DNA from: Pseudomonadota bacterium
GTDB lineage: Bacteria > Pseudomonadota > Alphaproteobacteria > Acetobacterales > Acetobacteraceae
NCBI GenBank assembly: GCA_021826485.1
Contig: JAKAZX010000001.1
Span: 1 to 33,293 of the forward strand
DNA length: 33,293 nt
Direction: 5' to 3'
The notes below the pieces were generated by a model, which was not told the origin of the DNA, searched no databases, and was given only the letters and a program-made list of their open reading frames with translations. The position numbers were made by a program, and so were the translations under genes. How positions within the stretch are numbered: position 1 is the stretch's first letter; every line of letters starts with the position of its first letter. Shown here one piece after another: positions 8,318-16,831 of this stretch.

Positions 8318-9077
8318 AGGCGGTCATGCCCTCCCGGCGATCCGGCGACTCCGCGTTGCGCCAGATCGAGTCGCGCTCATAGGCGATGCCGTTTTCCAGC
8401 GTTGCGCCGACCGCGACGCGAATGCATGCTTTGGTCAGCCGCACGGCGATCGGCGCACGCGTGGCGATCAGCGCGGCGACTTCCACGGCACGCCGCACCG
8501 TGTCGGCCGGATCGCAGATTTCGACGACATAGCCGAGCTGCCGGGCGGTCTCGGCGTCGATCGGGTTGCCGGTGAACAGCATGTATGCCGCGAACGCGGC
8601 GCCGACCTTGCGCGGCAGGCGCTGCGTTCCGCCATCGCCGGCCATCCCGCCGATCTTCACTTCCGGCTGGCCGAACATCGCGTTGGTGCCGGCGATCACG
8701 AAGTCGCAGACCATCGCGAGTTCATTGCCCGCACCGAAGGCGATACCGTTCACCGCAGCGATAAGCGGCTTCGGGAACTGCTCGATGCGCCGCCACGCTG
8801 CCACCCGGCGCGGGTTGTTGGACGTTCCGGCGGTGCCACGGGCCACCATCTCGCGGATGTCGGCGCCAGCCGCGAAGGCGTCGATGCCCCCGGTGAGGAT
8901 CACGCAGCGAATGGTATCGTCTTCGGCGGCCGCATCCAGCAGACGCCCGAGTTCGATGATCATCGAGCTATGAAGCGCGTTCTTCTTCTCGTCGCGGGCG
9001 AACCGGATCAGCAGGACATGGGCCGCCGCCCGTTCCGAAAGCACGTGGCCGCTCAGATCCTCCTCGTCACTTGCCAT
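8277..9077 (-). CDS. Enoyl-CoA hydratase/isomerase (crotonase) family protein
   Basis: Crotonase oxyanion-hole segments ILTGGIDAFAAGADIREM and AAVNGIAFGAGNELAMVCDFVIAG. Starts 5 nt after the stop of the upstream CoA-transferase. Confidence 0.9.
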   Translation of the reverse strand: MASDEEDLSGHVLSERAAAHVLLIRFARDEKKNALHSSMIIELGRLLDAAAEDDTIRCVILTGGIDAFAAGADIREMVARGTAGTSNNPRRVAAWRRIEQFPKPLIAAVNGIAFGAGNELAMVCDFVIAGTNAMFGQPEVKIGGMAGDGGTQRLPRKVGAAFAAYMLFTGNPIDAETARQLGYVVEICDPADTVRRAVEVAALIATRAPIAVRLTKACIRVAVGATLENGIAYERDSIWRNAESPDRREGMTAFIEKRPPQFRGTW

Positions 9078-9082
9078 GCACC

Positions 9083-10288
9083 TTATCCCCGTCCACGCTC
9101 CATGCCCGGATCGTCGGCGGCGCGCACGACGCCGCGCTGCACGAGCGATTCGATCCGTTCGTCCGCAAGCCCAAGTTCCCGCAGGACTTCCCGCGTGTGC
9201 TCGCCGATGCGCACCGATTGGACCCGCAGCGGCGGCACCTCGCCGTCATAGCGGACGGGGTGATTGACGAGCGTGACCGGCACGCCGTTCAGATCAACGT
9301 GGCGGAACACGTCCATCGCTGCGGCCTGCGGATCGTCCGCCACGTCGTCGAAACTGTAGACCCGGCTGTACCAGATCCCGGCAGCGTCGAACGCCCGCTC
9401 CACCTCGGCAAAGCGGCGCGTTGCCATGACGGTGGCAAATACCTGCGAATAGCGGTCGCGCTCGCGGAACCGATCGACATCCACCAGGGCACGCAACACA
9501 TCGCTGTCCAGCGCTTCGGCGACCTTGGCCGGATCATTCACGGACATCGCGATCTCGGCATCGAGCATGCGATAGATTCCGTATGGAGCCTGATGATACC
9601 AGGTGGCGAGATGCGCCTCGCGGTCGAACACGGCGTTGCCGGGACGCTGCGACAGATAGACGGTGAGCGGTTCCGTCTGGATGTCGAGGCCGGCGGTGAA
9701 GAGCGAGCTTTCCACCAGGGTGCCGCGACCAGTCTTCAGTTTCTTGACGTAGGCCGCGACGATTCCCATCGCGAGCAGCGCGCCGCCATGCTGGTCGACG
9801 ATGGCGGAGCCGACCGCCTTGGCGCCGTGGATGCCGGTGGCATGCGCGAGACCGGTCCGTGCCTGGATGATGATGTCCTGTGCCGGTCGCGCCACCATCG
9901 GCCCTGTCGTGCCCCAACCGGTGCCGCTCGCGTAGATGATGTCCGGCTTGCGCTGGCGCACCGCTTCGTAGGAAAGGCCGAGCCGCTCCATCACGCCGGC
10001 CCGGTAGTTCTCCACGACCACGTCGGCCGTGTCGATCAATGAAAGCACGATCTCGCGCCCTTCGGCCGATTTGAGGTCGATCGCGATGCAGCGCTTGTTG
10101 CGGAACGCGCAGAGGTAGAGACCGCTGGCGTCTCCGAAATGCGGCCCCGCCCAGCGCCGAGCCCGCTCGCCCTCGATCGGCTCGATCTTGATGATGTCGG
10201 CGCCCATGTCGCCGAGATACTGGGTGCAAGCCGGCCCTTGCAGAACATGGCAGAAGCTGACCACCCGCATGGAATGCAACATGTCCAT
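9083..10288 (-). CDS. Family III CoA-transferase (CaiB/BaiF/Frc-like)
   Basis: N-terminal MRVVSFCHVLQGPACTQYLGDMGADIIKIEP plus VVENYRAGVMERLGL, typical of class III CoA-transferases. ATG at 10288 (MDMLHS...), with 10282 as an alternative. The upstream part of the 446-aa ORF is Pro/Arg-rich and not family-like. Confidence 0.88.
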   Translation of the reverse strand: MDMLHSMRVVSFCHVLQGPACTQYLGDMGADIIKIEPIEGERARRWAGPHFGDASGLYLCAFRNKRCIAIDLKSAEGREIVLSLIDTADVVVENYRAGVMERLGLSYEAVRQRKPDIIYASGTGWGTTGPMVARPAQDIIIQARTGLAHATGIHGAKAVGSAIVDQHGGALLAMGIVAAYVKKLKTGRGTLVESSLFTAGLDIQTEPLTVYLSQRPGNAVFDREAHLATWYHQAPYGIYRMLDAEIAMSVNDPAKVAEALDSDVLRALVDVDRFRERDRYSQVFATVMATRRFAEVERAFDAAGIWYSRVYSFDDVADDPQAAAMDVFRHVDLNGVPVTLVNHPVRYDGEVPPLRVQSVRIGEHTREVLRELGLADERIESLVQRGVVRAADDPGMERGRG

Positions 10289-10426
10289 CTCACGAAGGTC
10301 CCGGCGACGACGCGATGCCCCGGTGGAGTGTGCGGCGTCGCGACCCGGCAGCGGAGTTGGTGCCGGCGAGCATGGTCGGGCGGCCGACGGGCATGCCAAA
10401 TCCTGCAAACTTCCAGGCCTCAAACA

Positions 10427-10440
10427 TGAAACCGCTTACG
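10427..10440. promoter_or_regulatory. LacI/GalR-type operator-like 14-mer TGAAACCGCTTACG
   Basis: Fits the general LacI-family pattern TGnAAnCGnTTnCA at all but the last position. It lies in the divergent gap between the CoA-transferase operon and the LacI gene. It shares 10 of 14 positions with the better site at 18206-18219. Its own dyad symmetry is only partial. Confidence 0.3.
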
Positions 10441-10595
10441 CGTGCTGTCAAGCTTTTGCCCGCCACGCTGGCCATGTCTTGGGCAAGCCGCTCTTATACG
10501 GCAGATTGCTGACGCCACAACGCTGGCGGGATCCTCCGTAATAGCTTACAGAAGGGCGCGACGCCGCGCGTGATGCCGATTTGGAAGCGAACCCG

Positions 10596-11720
10596 ATGAG
10601 ATCGGAGACCCCCGACGATTCCGGGCTGGCGGTTGTCGCTCCTGTCGAGCAGGGCGGCGCCGTCCAGCGGCGCCGCGTGCGCAAGGCGACGGCGGTGACC
10701 GTCAGGCTCGATGACGTCGCGCGGCATGCGGGCGTCTCCACCGCCTCCGTCTCCCGCGCGCTCAATACGCCTGATCTGGTGTCTCCCGTCCTGCGCGAGC
10801 GGGTCACCAAGGCGGTGCGCGAGCTGAACTGGGTGCCGAACGGGGCGGCGAAGGCGCTCGCCTCGCTCCGCACGCGCACGGTCGGGGCAATGATTCCGAC
10901 CCTCGGGCATCAGAACTTCGCACTGCTGATCGAGACACTGCAGCGCGAACTTGGGAAGGCGCGCTATACGCTCCAGATCGGCTGCGTGGAGAATTCGGCG
11001 GAGCTGCGCCTGCAACAAGGCCTGAAGATGGTCGAGCAGGGAGTCGAGTTCCTCGTGCTTGTCGGTGAGGCGCAGCCGCCGGTGCTGTTCGAGTTGCTGA
11101 GCAGCCGCAAGGTCGGCTTCGTCATCACCTACACCAGCGGCAAGGAGCGTCCGGAGTGCTGCATCGGCTTCGACAACTATGATGCGGCGTCGCGCATCAC
11201 CGGCCACCTGCTGGAGCTGGGGCACACGATCTTTGCGATGATCGCCCAGCCGGACGTGATGAACGACAGGATCCAGCAGCGCGTCGCCGGCGTCCGCGAC
11301 CGGCTCGCGCAGGCCGGGATCGCGATCCGCCCGCAGCACTTCACCCGCGCGGACAGCCGCTCGATCGAGAGCGGTCGCAGCGGCATGCGGACGATTCTCG
11401 CTGCCGCGGGCGACCGGCCGACCGCGCTCATCTGCGCCAACGACTACCTTGCCAGCGGCGCGCTGATCGAGGCGAAGGCGCGCGGACTTGCGGTGCCGGA
11501 GGACCTCAGCGTGGTCGGCTTCGACGACACCGACATGTCGGCGCATCTGGAGCCGCCATTGACCACGATCAGGGTACCCAGCCGCGAGATGGGGGAGGAA
11601 GTCGCGCAGCATATCCTGCGCGTGCTGGAGCAGGGGATCACCCGTCTGCCCCCTCCGCTCGAAGCGAGGCTCATCATCCGCGGGAGCACGGCGTCGCCGG
11701 GACGTGCGCACAGGGGCTAG
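10596..11720 (+). CDS. LacI family transcriptional regulator
   Basis: HTH segment VRLDDVARHAGVSTASVSRALN followed by a periplasmic-binding-protein type I sensor domain (ALICANDYLASGALIEAKARGLAVPEDLSVVGFDD). ATG at 10596. The ORF opens at a TTG at 10581. Confidence 0.9.
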   Translation: MRSETPDDSGLAVVAPVEQGGAVQRRRVRKATAVTVRLDDVARHAGVSTASVSRALNTPDLVSPVLRERVTKAVRELNWVPNGAAKALASLRTRTVGAMIPTLGHQNFALLIETLQRELGKARYTLQIGCVENSAELRLQQGLKMVEQGVEFLVLVGEAQPPVLFELLSSRKVGFVITYTSGKERPECCIGFDNYDAASRITGHLLELGHTIFAMIAQPDVMNDRIQQRVAGVRDRLAQAGIAIRPQHFTRADSRSIESGRSGMRTILAAAGDRPTALICANDYLASGALIEAKARGLAVPEDLSVVGFDDTDMSAHLEPPLTTIRVPSREMGEEVAQHILRVLEQGITRLPPPLEARLIIRGSTASPGRAHRG

Positions 11721-13429
11721 CGTCCATCGATGATCATGTCGGCGATCCGTTCGGCCAGCATGATCGTCGGCAGATTGATGTTGGCGCACGGGATCACCGG
11801 AAAGATCGACGCATCGACGACGCGCAGTCCGGCAACGCCATGGACCCGCCCCGCCGTATCGGTGACCGCCATGCGGTCGTTCGCCGCGCCCATCCGGCAC
11901 GAACAGGACGCGTGCCAGACGCCGACCGCGGCGCGGCGGATGAAGGATGTCAGTGCGTCCTCATCGCGCTGCAGCGCCGCAAGCGATGGCCCCTCGAGCA
12001 CCAGCTTCCGCAGCAGGGCGCGTCGCACTCCCGCCGGCCCGTCCAGCAGCCGTGCCAGCACCGTCGTGATCGTCCGGTTCTTCGCATTGATCGCCGCCAC
12101 CTGCCGGACCTTGTCGCTGTAGCTCGCCGGGAACGGGTCGGCCACCACGCCGCGCAGCTCCGGCCGCGCGAACAGGGTCGCGAAGCGCTGCATCGCCCCC
12201 ACCAGGCGCTGAAGGTCGCGGCTGTCGGACAGCAGGTTGAAATCGACGATCGGCATGTCTCGCCAATCGGATGATTGCAGGCGCACGGATCCGTCCTCGG
12301 AATACGTCTTGTTCACCCACATGTTGAACGTGGCGATCTGGTCGCCGATGGCATGCCAGGCGGACTTGGTCGCGATGGTCGCGCCCATGTCTCCGGCGGG
12401 CACCCCATCGAGGCCCGAGGAGAAGCGCAGGCCGAGGAACAGGTGTCGCCGGTTGCGGCCATTGATGCGCGCCCACGGCATCACGAAGGCGGCGATCGCG
12501 ACGGACGGGTGGTCCATCAATCGCCGGCCGACGCCGGGCCGATCCGCGCGGACCGGAATGCCGAGCGCGCGCAATTCGGGTGCCGGGCCGATTCCCGCGC
12601 GCAGCAACTGCGCCGGCGACTGGATGGCGCCGCTGCTGAGAATCACCTCCCCGGCGCGGATGGCGATCTGTTCGCCGGGACGGGGCTGGATCACCGCGCC
12701 GATGCAGCGCTCACCTTCGAAGCGGAGCGCGGTCACGATCGTGCCGGTCAGGACCGTCAGGTTCTCGCGCAGCCGCGTCGCCGGGTCCAGATAGGCGATC
12801 GCCGTCGAGACGCGGCGGTCATCGAGGTTGGAGATCGCGACGGGATAGTACCCGTCCGCGAATATGCCGTTCTGGTCCGGCCGGTATTCGAAGCCATCGG
12901 CCAGCAGGGCGGCGGCCATTGCCTTCGTATGCTCCGGCCATCGATCGGGCCAGATCCGCCTGATCGGAATCGGGCCGTCGCGACCGTGCAGCGGGCCGTC
13001 GAAGTCCATGTCACGCTCGAGCTTGCGGAAATACGGCAGCACCGCATCCCAGTTCCAGCCCGCGGCGCCGCGATCCTCCCATTCGTCGTAATCGCCGGGC
13101 GCGCCCCGGTTCGCCAGTTGGCCGTTGATGGAGGAGCCGCCGCCCAGCACCCGGGCCTGCTCGTATTTGCGCAGCCGGGGTCGCACGTCCGGGCGGTTGT
13201 GAGGGATGGCCTCGGTGGTGACCTCAAGCTCCGTCCAGGTGAAGCGCGGATTGAGATAGGCGGTGCCCGGAAAGCTGTCGAGGATCGCCGGCGGCACGGC
13301 GCCAACGGGCGTGTCCTCTCCGGCTTCGACCAGCAGTACCCGGTGCCCGCTCCGTGCCGAAAGTCGGTTGGCCAGGACCGCGCCGGCGGAGCCGCCGCCG
13401 ACGATGATCGTGTCGAATTCCGTATTCAT
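11717..13429 (-). CDS. GMC family FAD-dependent oxidoreductase (choline/alcohol dehydrogenase-like)
   Basis: N-terminal FAD motif FDTIIVGGGSAGAVLANRLS. C-terminal GMC active-site region GVWHASCSCRMG...VVDASIFP. Starts 6 nt after the upstream ATPase stop. Confidence 0.92.
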   Translation of the reverse strand: MNTEFDTIIVGGGSAGAVLANRLSARSGHRVLLVEAGEDTPVGAVPPAILDSFPGTAYLNPRFTWTELEVTTEAIPHNRPDVRPRLRKYEQARVLGGGSSINGQLANRGAPGDYDEWEDRGAAGWNWDAVLPYFRKLERDMDFDGPLHGRDGPIPIRRIWPDRWPEHTKAMAAALLADGFEYRPDQNGIFADGYYPVAISNLDDRRVSTAIAYLDPATRLRENLTVLTGTIVTALRFEGERCIGAVIQPRPGEQIAIRAGEVILSSGAIQSPAQLLRAGIGPAPELRALGIPVRADRPGVGRRLMDHPSVAIAAFVMPWARINGRNRRHLFLGLRFSSGLDGVPAGDMGATIATKSAWHAIGDQIATFNMWVNKTYSEDGSVRLQSSDWRDMPIVDFNLLSDSRDLQRLVGAMQRFATLFARPELRGVVADPFPASYSDKVRQVAAINAKNRTITTVLARLLDGPAGVRRALLRKLVLEGPSLAALQRDEDALTSFIRRAAVGVWHASCSCRMGAANDRMAVTDTAGRVHGVAGLRVVDASIFPVIPCANINLPTIMLAERIADMIIDGR

Positions 13430-13435
13430 CGACGG

Positions 13436-14182
13436 CTAAGCCACATGGCCGCCGAGGAAGGCGCGGTGCAGCACGTCATTCCCGACCAGCTCCGGCGACG
13501 TCGCCTCATGCACCATGCGTCCCGTCTCCATCAGATAGCAGCGGTCGGAATGCGCCAGCGCCTTGTCGAAAAGCTGTTCGATCAGAAGAATGGCGACCCC
13601 CTGACGGCGCAGTTGCGCCATGACGGAAAGAATACGGTCGACGACGATCGGTGCGAGGCCCAGTGACGGTTCATCGAGAATGAGCAGGCGCGGCTGGGCG
13701 ATCATTCCCTGGGCGACCGCAAGAATCTGCTGCTGTCCGCCGCTCAGCCCGGCGGCCGGCTGGTGGCGCTTGTCGGCGATCTCGCTGAACACCCCGTAGA
13801 TGTCGGCCAGATGCGAGCGTGTCGCGCGCTGCCCGGCGGCGGCCGCGGCGACCGTCAGATTGTCCTCCACCGTCAATGACGGGAAGACGCGGTGGCCTTG
13901 CAGCACCTGGATCAGCCCGGCGCGAACGAGCGCGCGCGGGGAGGACAGCGTCACATCCGCGCCGGCGAAATGCACGCTTCCCGCGCGCTTCGGCAGCAAC
14001 CCGGAGAGTGCGCACACGGTGGTGCTTTTGCCGGCGCCGTTGCGGCCCAGGATGCTGACGAACTCCCCGCGGCCGACATGAAACGTGACGCCGTGGAGAA
14101 CCTCCGCCTTGCCGTACGCCGCGACCAAGCCGTTGACGGCGAGCAGGGGGGAGGGATCCGGTGCTTCGCGCATCGCGCTCAT
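13436..14182 (-). CDS. Branched-chain-amino-acid-type (HAAT) ABC transporter ATP-binding protein, LivF-like
   Basis: Walker A GRNGAGKSTTV, signature LSGGQQQILAVAQGM, Walker B LLILDEPSLGLAP. Confidence 0.9.
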   Translation of the reverse strand: MSAMREAPDPSPLLAVNGLVAAYGKAEVLHGVTFHVGRGEFVSILGRNGAGKSTTVCALSGLLPKRAGSVHFAGADVTLSSPRALVRAGLIQVLQGHRVFPSLTVEDNLTVAAAAAGQRATRSHLADIYGVFSEIADKRHQPAAGLSGGQQQILAVAQGMIAQPRLLILDEPSLGLAPIVVDRILSVMAQLRRQGVAILLIEQLFDKALAHSDRCYLMETGRMVHEATSPELVGNDVLHRAFLGGHVA

Positions 14183-14188
14183 TGCGGT

Positions 14189-14962
14189 TCACGCACCGAG
14201 ATAGACCTTGACCACGTCCGGATGGGTCCGGACGGCATGCGGTGCGCCGGAGGCGATGATCCGCCCGAGGTCGAGCGTGGTCACGCAGTCGCACGTGCGA
14301 AAGACGAAATCGGTGTGGTGTTCCACCAGCAGCACGCCGATGCCGGCATCGCGCATGGTGGCGATGATGGTGCCGAGATGCGCGATCTCCGTCACCGTCA
14401 GGCCGCCTGCGGGCTCGTCGAGCAGGATGAAGCGCGGCTGCATGCAGAGCGCGCGGGCAATTTCCAGCACGCGTTGCGCGGAATGGCCCAGCGTATCGGC
14501 CCTCTGGCGCGCAACGCGCCCCAGCCCCACACCGTCCAGCAGCGCGGTCGCCCGTTCGCGGATGGCGCGAGCCTCCCGGCGCGGCCGGGGCAAATCCAGT
14601 GCGGACTCCATGAAGGTGGAGCGCACCTGATGCCAGCCGCCGAGCATGACATTGTCGAGCACGGAAAGGCTGCCGAGCAGCCGCGGGGTCTGGAATGTGC
14701 GCGCGATGCCAAGCTCCGCACGGCGCGTGACGCCGACATGGGTCAGGTCGATATCGCCGAGCGCGATCCGGCCTCGATCGGCGGCGTAGAAGCCGGACAG
14801 CAGGTTCAGCAGCGTCGTCTTGCCGGACCCGTTCGGCCCGATCAGCCCGTGGATCTGCCCCGGTTCCACGGACAGGGAGACGTCGCCGACCGCGACGACA
14901 CTGCCGAAGCGGCGGGTCACCGCGTCGGCCATAAACATCGGTCGCGCGGCGGTCGCCGTCAT
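14189..14962 (-). CDS. HAAT ABC transporter ATP-binding protein, LivG-like
   Basis: Walker A GPNGSGKTTLLNLLSG, Walker B FILLDEPAGGLT. The ATG at 14962 overlaps the permease stop as ATGA. The rest of the 625-aa track ORF is an out-of-frame read through the permease gene. Confidence 0.88.
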   Translation of the reverse strand: MTATAARPMFMADAVTRRFGSVVAVGDVSLSVEPGQIHGLIGPNGSGKTTLLNLLSGFYAADRGRIALGDIDLTHVGVTRRAELGIARTFQTPRLLGSLSVLDNVMLGGWHQVRSTFMESALDLPRPRREARAIRERATALLDGVGLGRVARQRADTLGHSAQRVLEIARALCMQPRFILLDEPAGGLTVTEIAHLGTIIATMRDAGIGVLLVEHHTDFVFRTCDCVTTLDLGRIIASGAPHAVRTHPDVVKVYLGA

Positions 14963-15966
14963 AGGCGGGTGATCGCCTCGTGCAGCCGCCCGAGATCCGG
15001 CCCGGTTCCGGTTGCGTCGGAGGTGCCGGCTTTCGGCCCCGAGCCGATCCTTGCCGCCAGTTCTCCGAAGCCGCCCGGGATCAGCAGGACGACGGCGAGC
15101 AGGATCGCGCCGTAGAAGAATGTCCCGTATTTCTGCAGGGAACCGACCAGTTCCGGGATCAGCGCAAGCAGCACGGCGCCGATGAACGGGCCGATGATCG
15201 ACCCCCGGCCGCCGATGATGATCGAGACGAAGAAATAGAGGCCGAGATTGAACGTGAAGGCGTCCGGCGTGATGTAGCTCTGCGACGTGGCGAACAGCCC
15301 GCCGGCAATGCCGGCAGAGAATCCGCTGAACACGAACACGATCAGCTTGGTGCGGGCCGGCGGAATGCCGAGCGACAGGGCGGCGATGCGGCTGTCGCGC
15401 ACCGCCATCATGCGCCCACCCCACATAGAGCGGGCGAGATTCCAGCAGAGCCAGGTGACGAGCGCGCCGATGAGCGTGACGAGGGTGTAGAATCCGTCGG
15501 GGCTGGCGAATGGCGCGGGGAAGGTGGGTGCCGCCATGCCCACACTGCCATTCGTCAGCCAGCCCTCGGCAAGGGCGAGTTCGCTGACGATCAGTCCGAA
15601 CGCCGTCGTCACCATCGCGAAGTAGAACCCCGGCAGCCGCAGCGACGGCAGACCGAGCAACAGGCCGATCGACGCGCAGAGCACGCCGCCCGCGAGCAAT
15701 GCGAGATAGCTGTTCCAGCCTACCGTGCCGGCGAGGATCGCGAAGGTGTACGCCCCGATGGCAAGCAGGCCGATATGGCCGATGGACAATGTGCCGGTGT
15801 AGCCGACCAGCAGGTTCAGCGTCGCGATCAGGATCCAGTAGACGCCGATGACGGTGGCGACGTGAACGTAATAGAGATTGCCGGTCAGCGGCGGAACCAG
15901 GACGGTGAGCGCGATCGCCGCGGCGGCAATGGTTTGGGGGCGGCGCTGGCCGGCAGGTCCGACCAT
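14959..15966 (-). CDS. HAAT ABC transporter permease, LivM-like
   Basis: Polytopic hydrophobic protein with the LivM-like segment LLVGYTGTLSIGHIGLLAIGAYT. Its ATG shares one base with the LivH-like stop (TGATG). Confidence 0.88.
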   Translation of the reverse strand: MVGPAGQRRPQTIAAAAIALTVLVPPLTGNLYYVHVATVIGVYWILIATLNLLVGYTGTLSIGHIGLLAIGAYTFAILAGTVGWNSYLALLAGGVLCASIGLLLGLPSLRLPGFYFAMVTTAFGLIVSELALAEGWLTNGSVGMAAPTFPAPFASPDGFYTLVTLIGALVTWLCWNLARSMWGGRMMAVRDSRIAALSLGIPPARTKLIVFVFSGFSAGIAGGLFATSQSYITPDAFTFNLGLYFFVSIIIGGRGSIIGPFIGAVLLALIPELVGSLQKYGTFFYGAILLAVVLLIPGGFGELAARIGSGPKAGTSDATGTGPDLGRLHEAITRL

Positions 15967-16823
15967 CAGACATCCCGCATGAGCGGGCGCCCGAACAACC
16001 CCTGCGGTCGTGAGACCAGGACCAGGGCGAGCAGACCGATCGCGATGGTCTTCTGGTATTCGGCACCGAAGAAGTGGGAGGTGAACGCCGTCAACAGTCC
16101 CATCACGACGCCGCCGACCATTGCGCCGAGGCTGCTGCCGATGCCGCCGAGGGCCGCGGCGATGAAGCCGGCAAGCGATAGCGTCGTGCCCAGGTTGAAG
16201 TCTGCGAAAGTGAGCTGGCCGGCGGCGAAGCCCGACAGCGCGCCGAGAGTGCCGGCCATGACGAAGCTGAGTGTCCGCACGCGCCCGGTGTCGAGCCCGC
16301 GCGCGCGGGCGGCGAAATCATCCTCCGACACCGCGACGAAGATCTTCCCGAGCAGGGTATGCCGGTAGAAGATTTCGAGGCCACCCGCCATGAGGGCCGC
16401 AGCGATGATCGGCAGCCAGTATTTCTGATCGAGCAGCCCGCCGCGCTGCTGGGCGAACAGGTGGGGAAACGGCGTCGGATCGGTGCCCCACCACAGGCCC
16501 ATCGCTTCCTGCACCATGATCGCGAGGGCGAGGGTGCTGAGCACCCAGAGATGCTGGTCCGAACTGACCAGCACGCGGCGCACGGCAAGCAACTCGGTCG
16601 CGTAGCCGAACAGTGCGCCGACCAGCAGGCACCCGAGCAGTCCCGCCCAGATCGGCCAGTGGAGTCCGAGGATCAGGAACGCGCCGATGATGCCGCCGAC
16701 CATCGCGAAATGCCCGGTGCCGAAGCTGAGCACTTTCGCGGTCGAATAGGTGACGTTGTAGACGATCGCCGTCATGCCATACAGCGCACCGAGGGCAAGC
16801 CCGCTGATCAGGACGAGAAGCAT
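15966..16823 (-). CDS. HAAT ABC transporter permease, LivH-like
   Basis: Polytopic hydrophobic protein. The N-terminus ISGLALGALYGMTAIVYNVTY matches the LivH pattern. GGGAGG lies immediately upstream of the ATG. Confidence 0.88.
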   Translation of the reverse strand: MLLVLISGLALGALYGMTAIVYNVTYSTAKVLSFGTGHFAMVGGIIGAFLILGLHWPIWAGLLGCLLVGALFGYATELLAVRRVLVSSDQHLWVLSTLALAIMVQEAMGLWWGTDPTPFPHLFAQQRGGLLDQKYWLPIIAAALMAGGLEIFYRHTLLGKIFVAVSEDDFAARARGLDTGRVRTLSFVMAGTLGALSGFAAGQLTFADFNLGTTLSLAGFIAAALGGIGSSLGAMVGGVVMGLLTAFTSHFFGAEYQKTIAIGLLALVLVSRPQGLFGRPLMRDV

Positions 16824-16831
16824 CCTCCCGG

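Noticed and set aside
10290-10512. Small ORFs in the LacI / CoA-transferase intergenic region (65 aa on the plus strand, 61 aa on the minus strand).
   Set aside because: They have no SD, no family-like sequence, and a composition like the shadow frames. The region is better explained as a divergent promoter.
14189-16066. Several over-long minus-strand ORFs look like fusions: 14189-16066 (625 aa), 21404-22891 (495 aa), 26028-27860 (610 aa) and 26879-28732 (617 aa).
   Set aside because: In each, only the C-terminal part is family-like. The N-terminal part is low-complexity, Arg-rich read-through across the upstream gene in another frame. Internal ATG/GTG starts that overlap the upstream stop (ATGA/GTGA) give proteins of canonical length.
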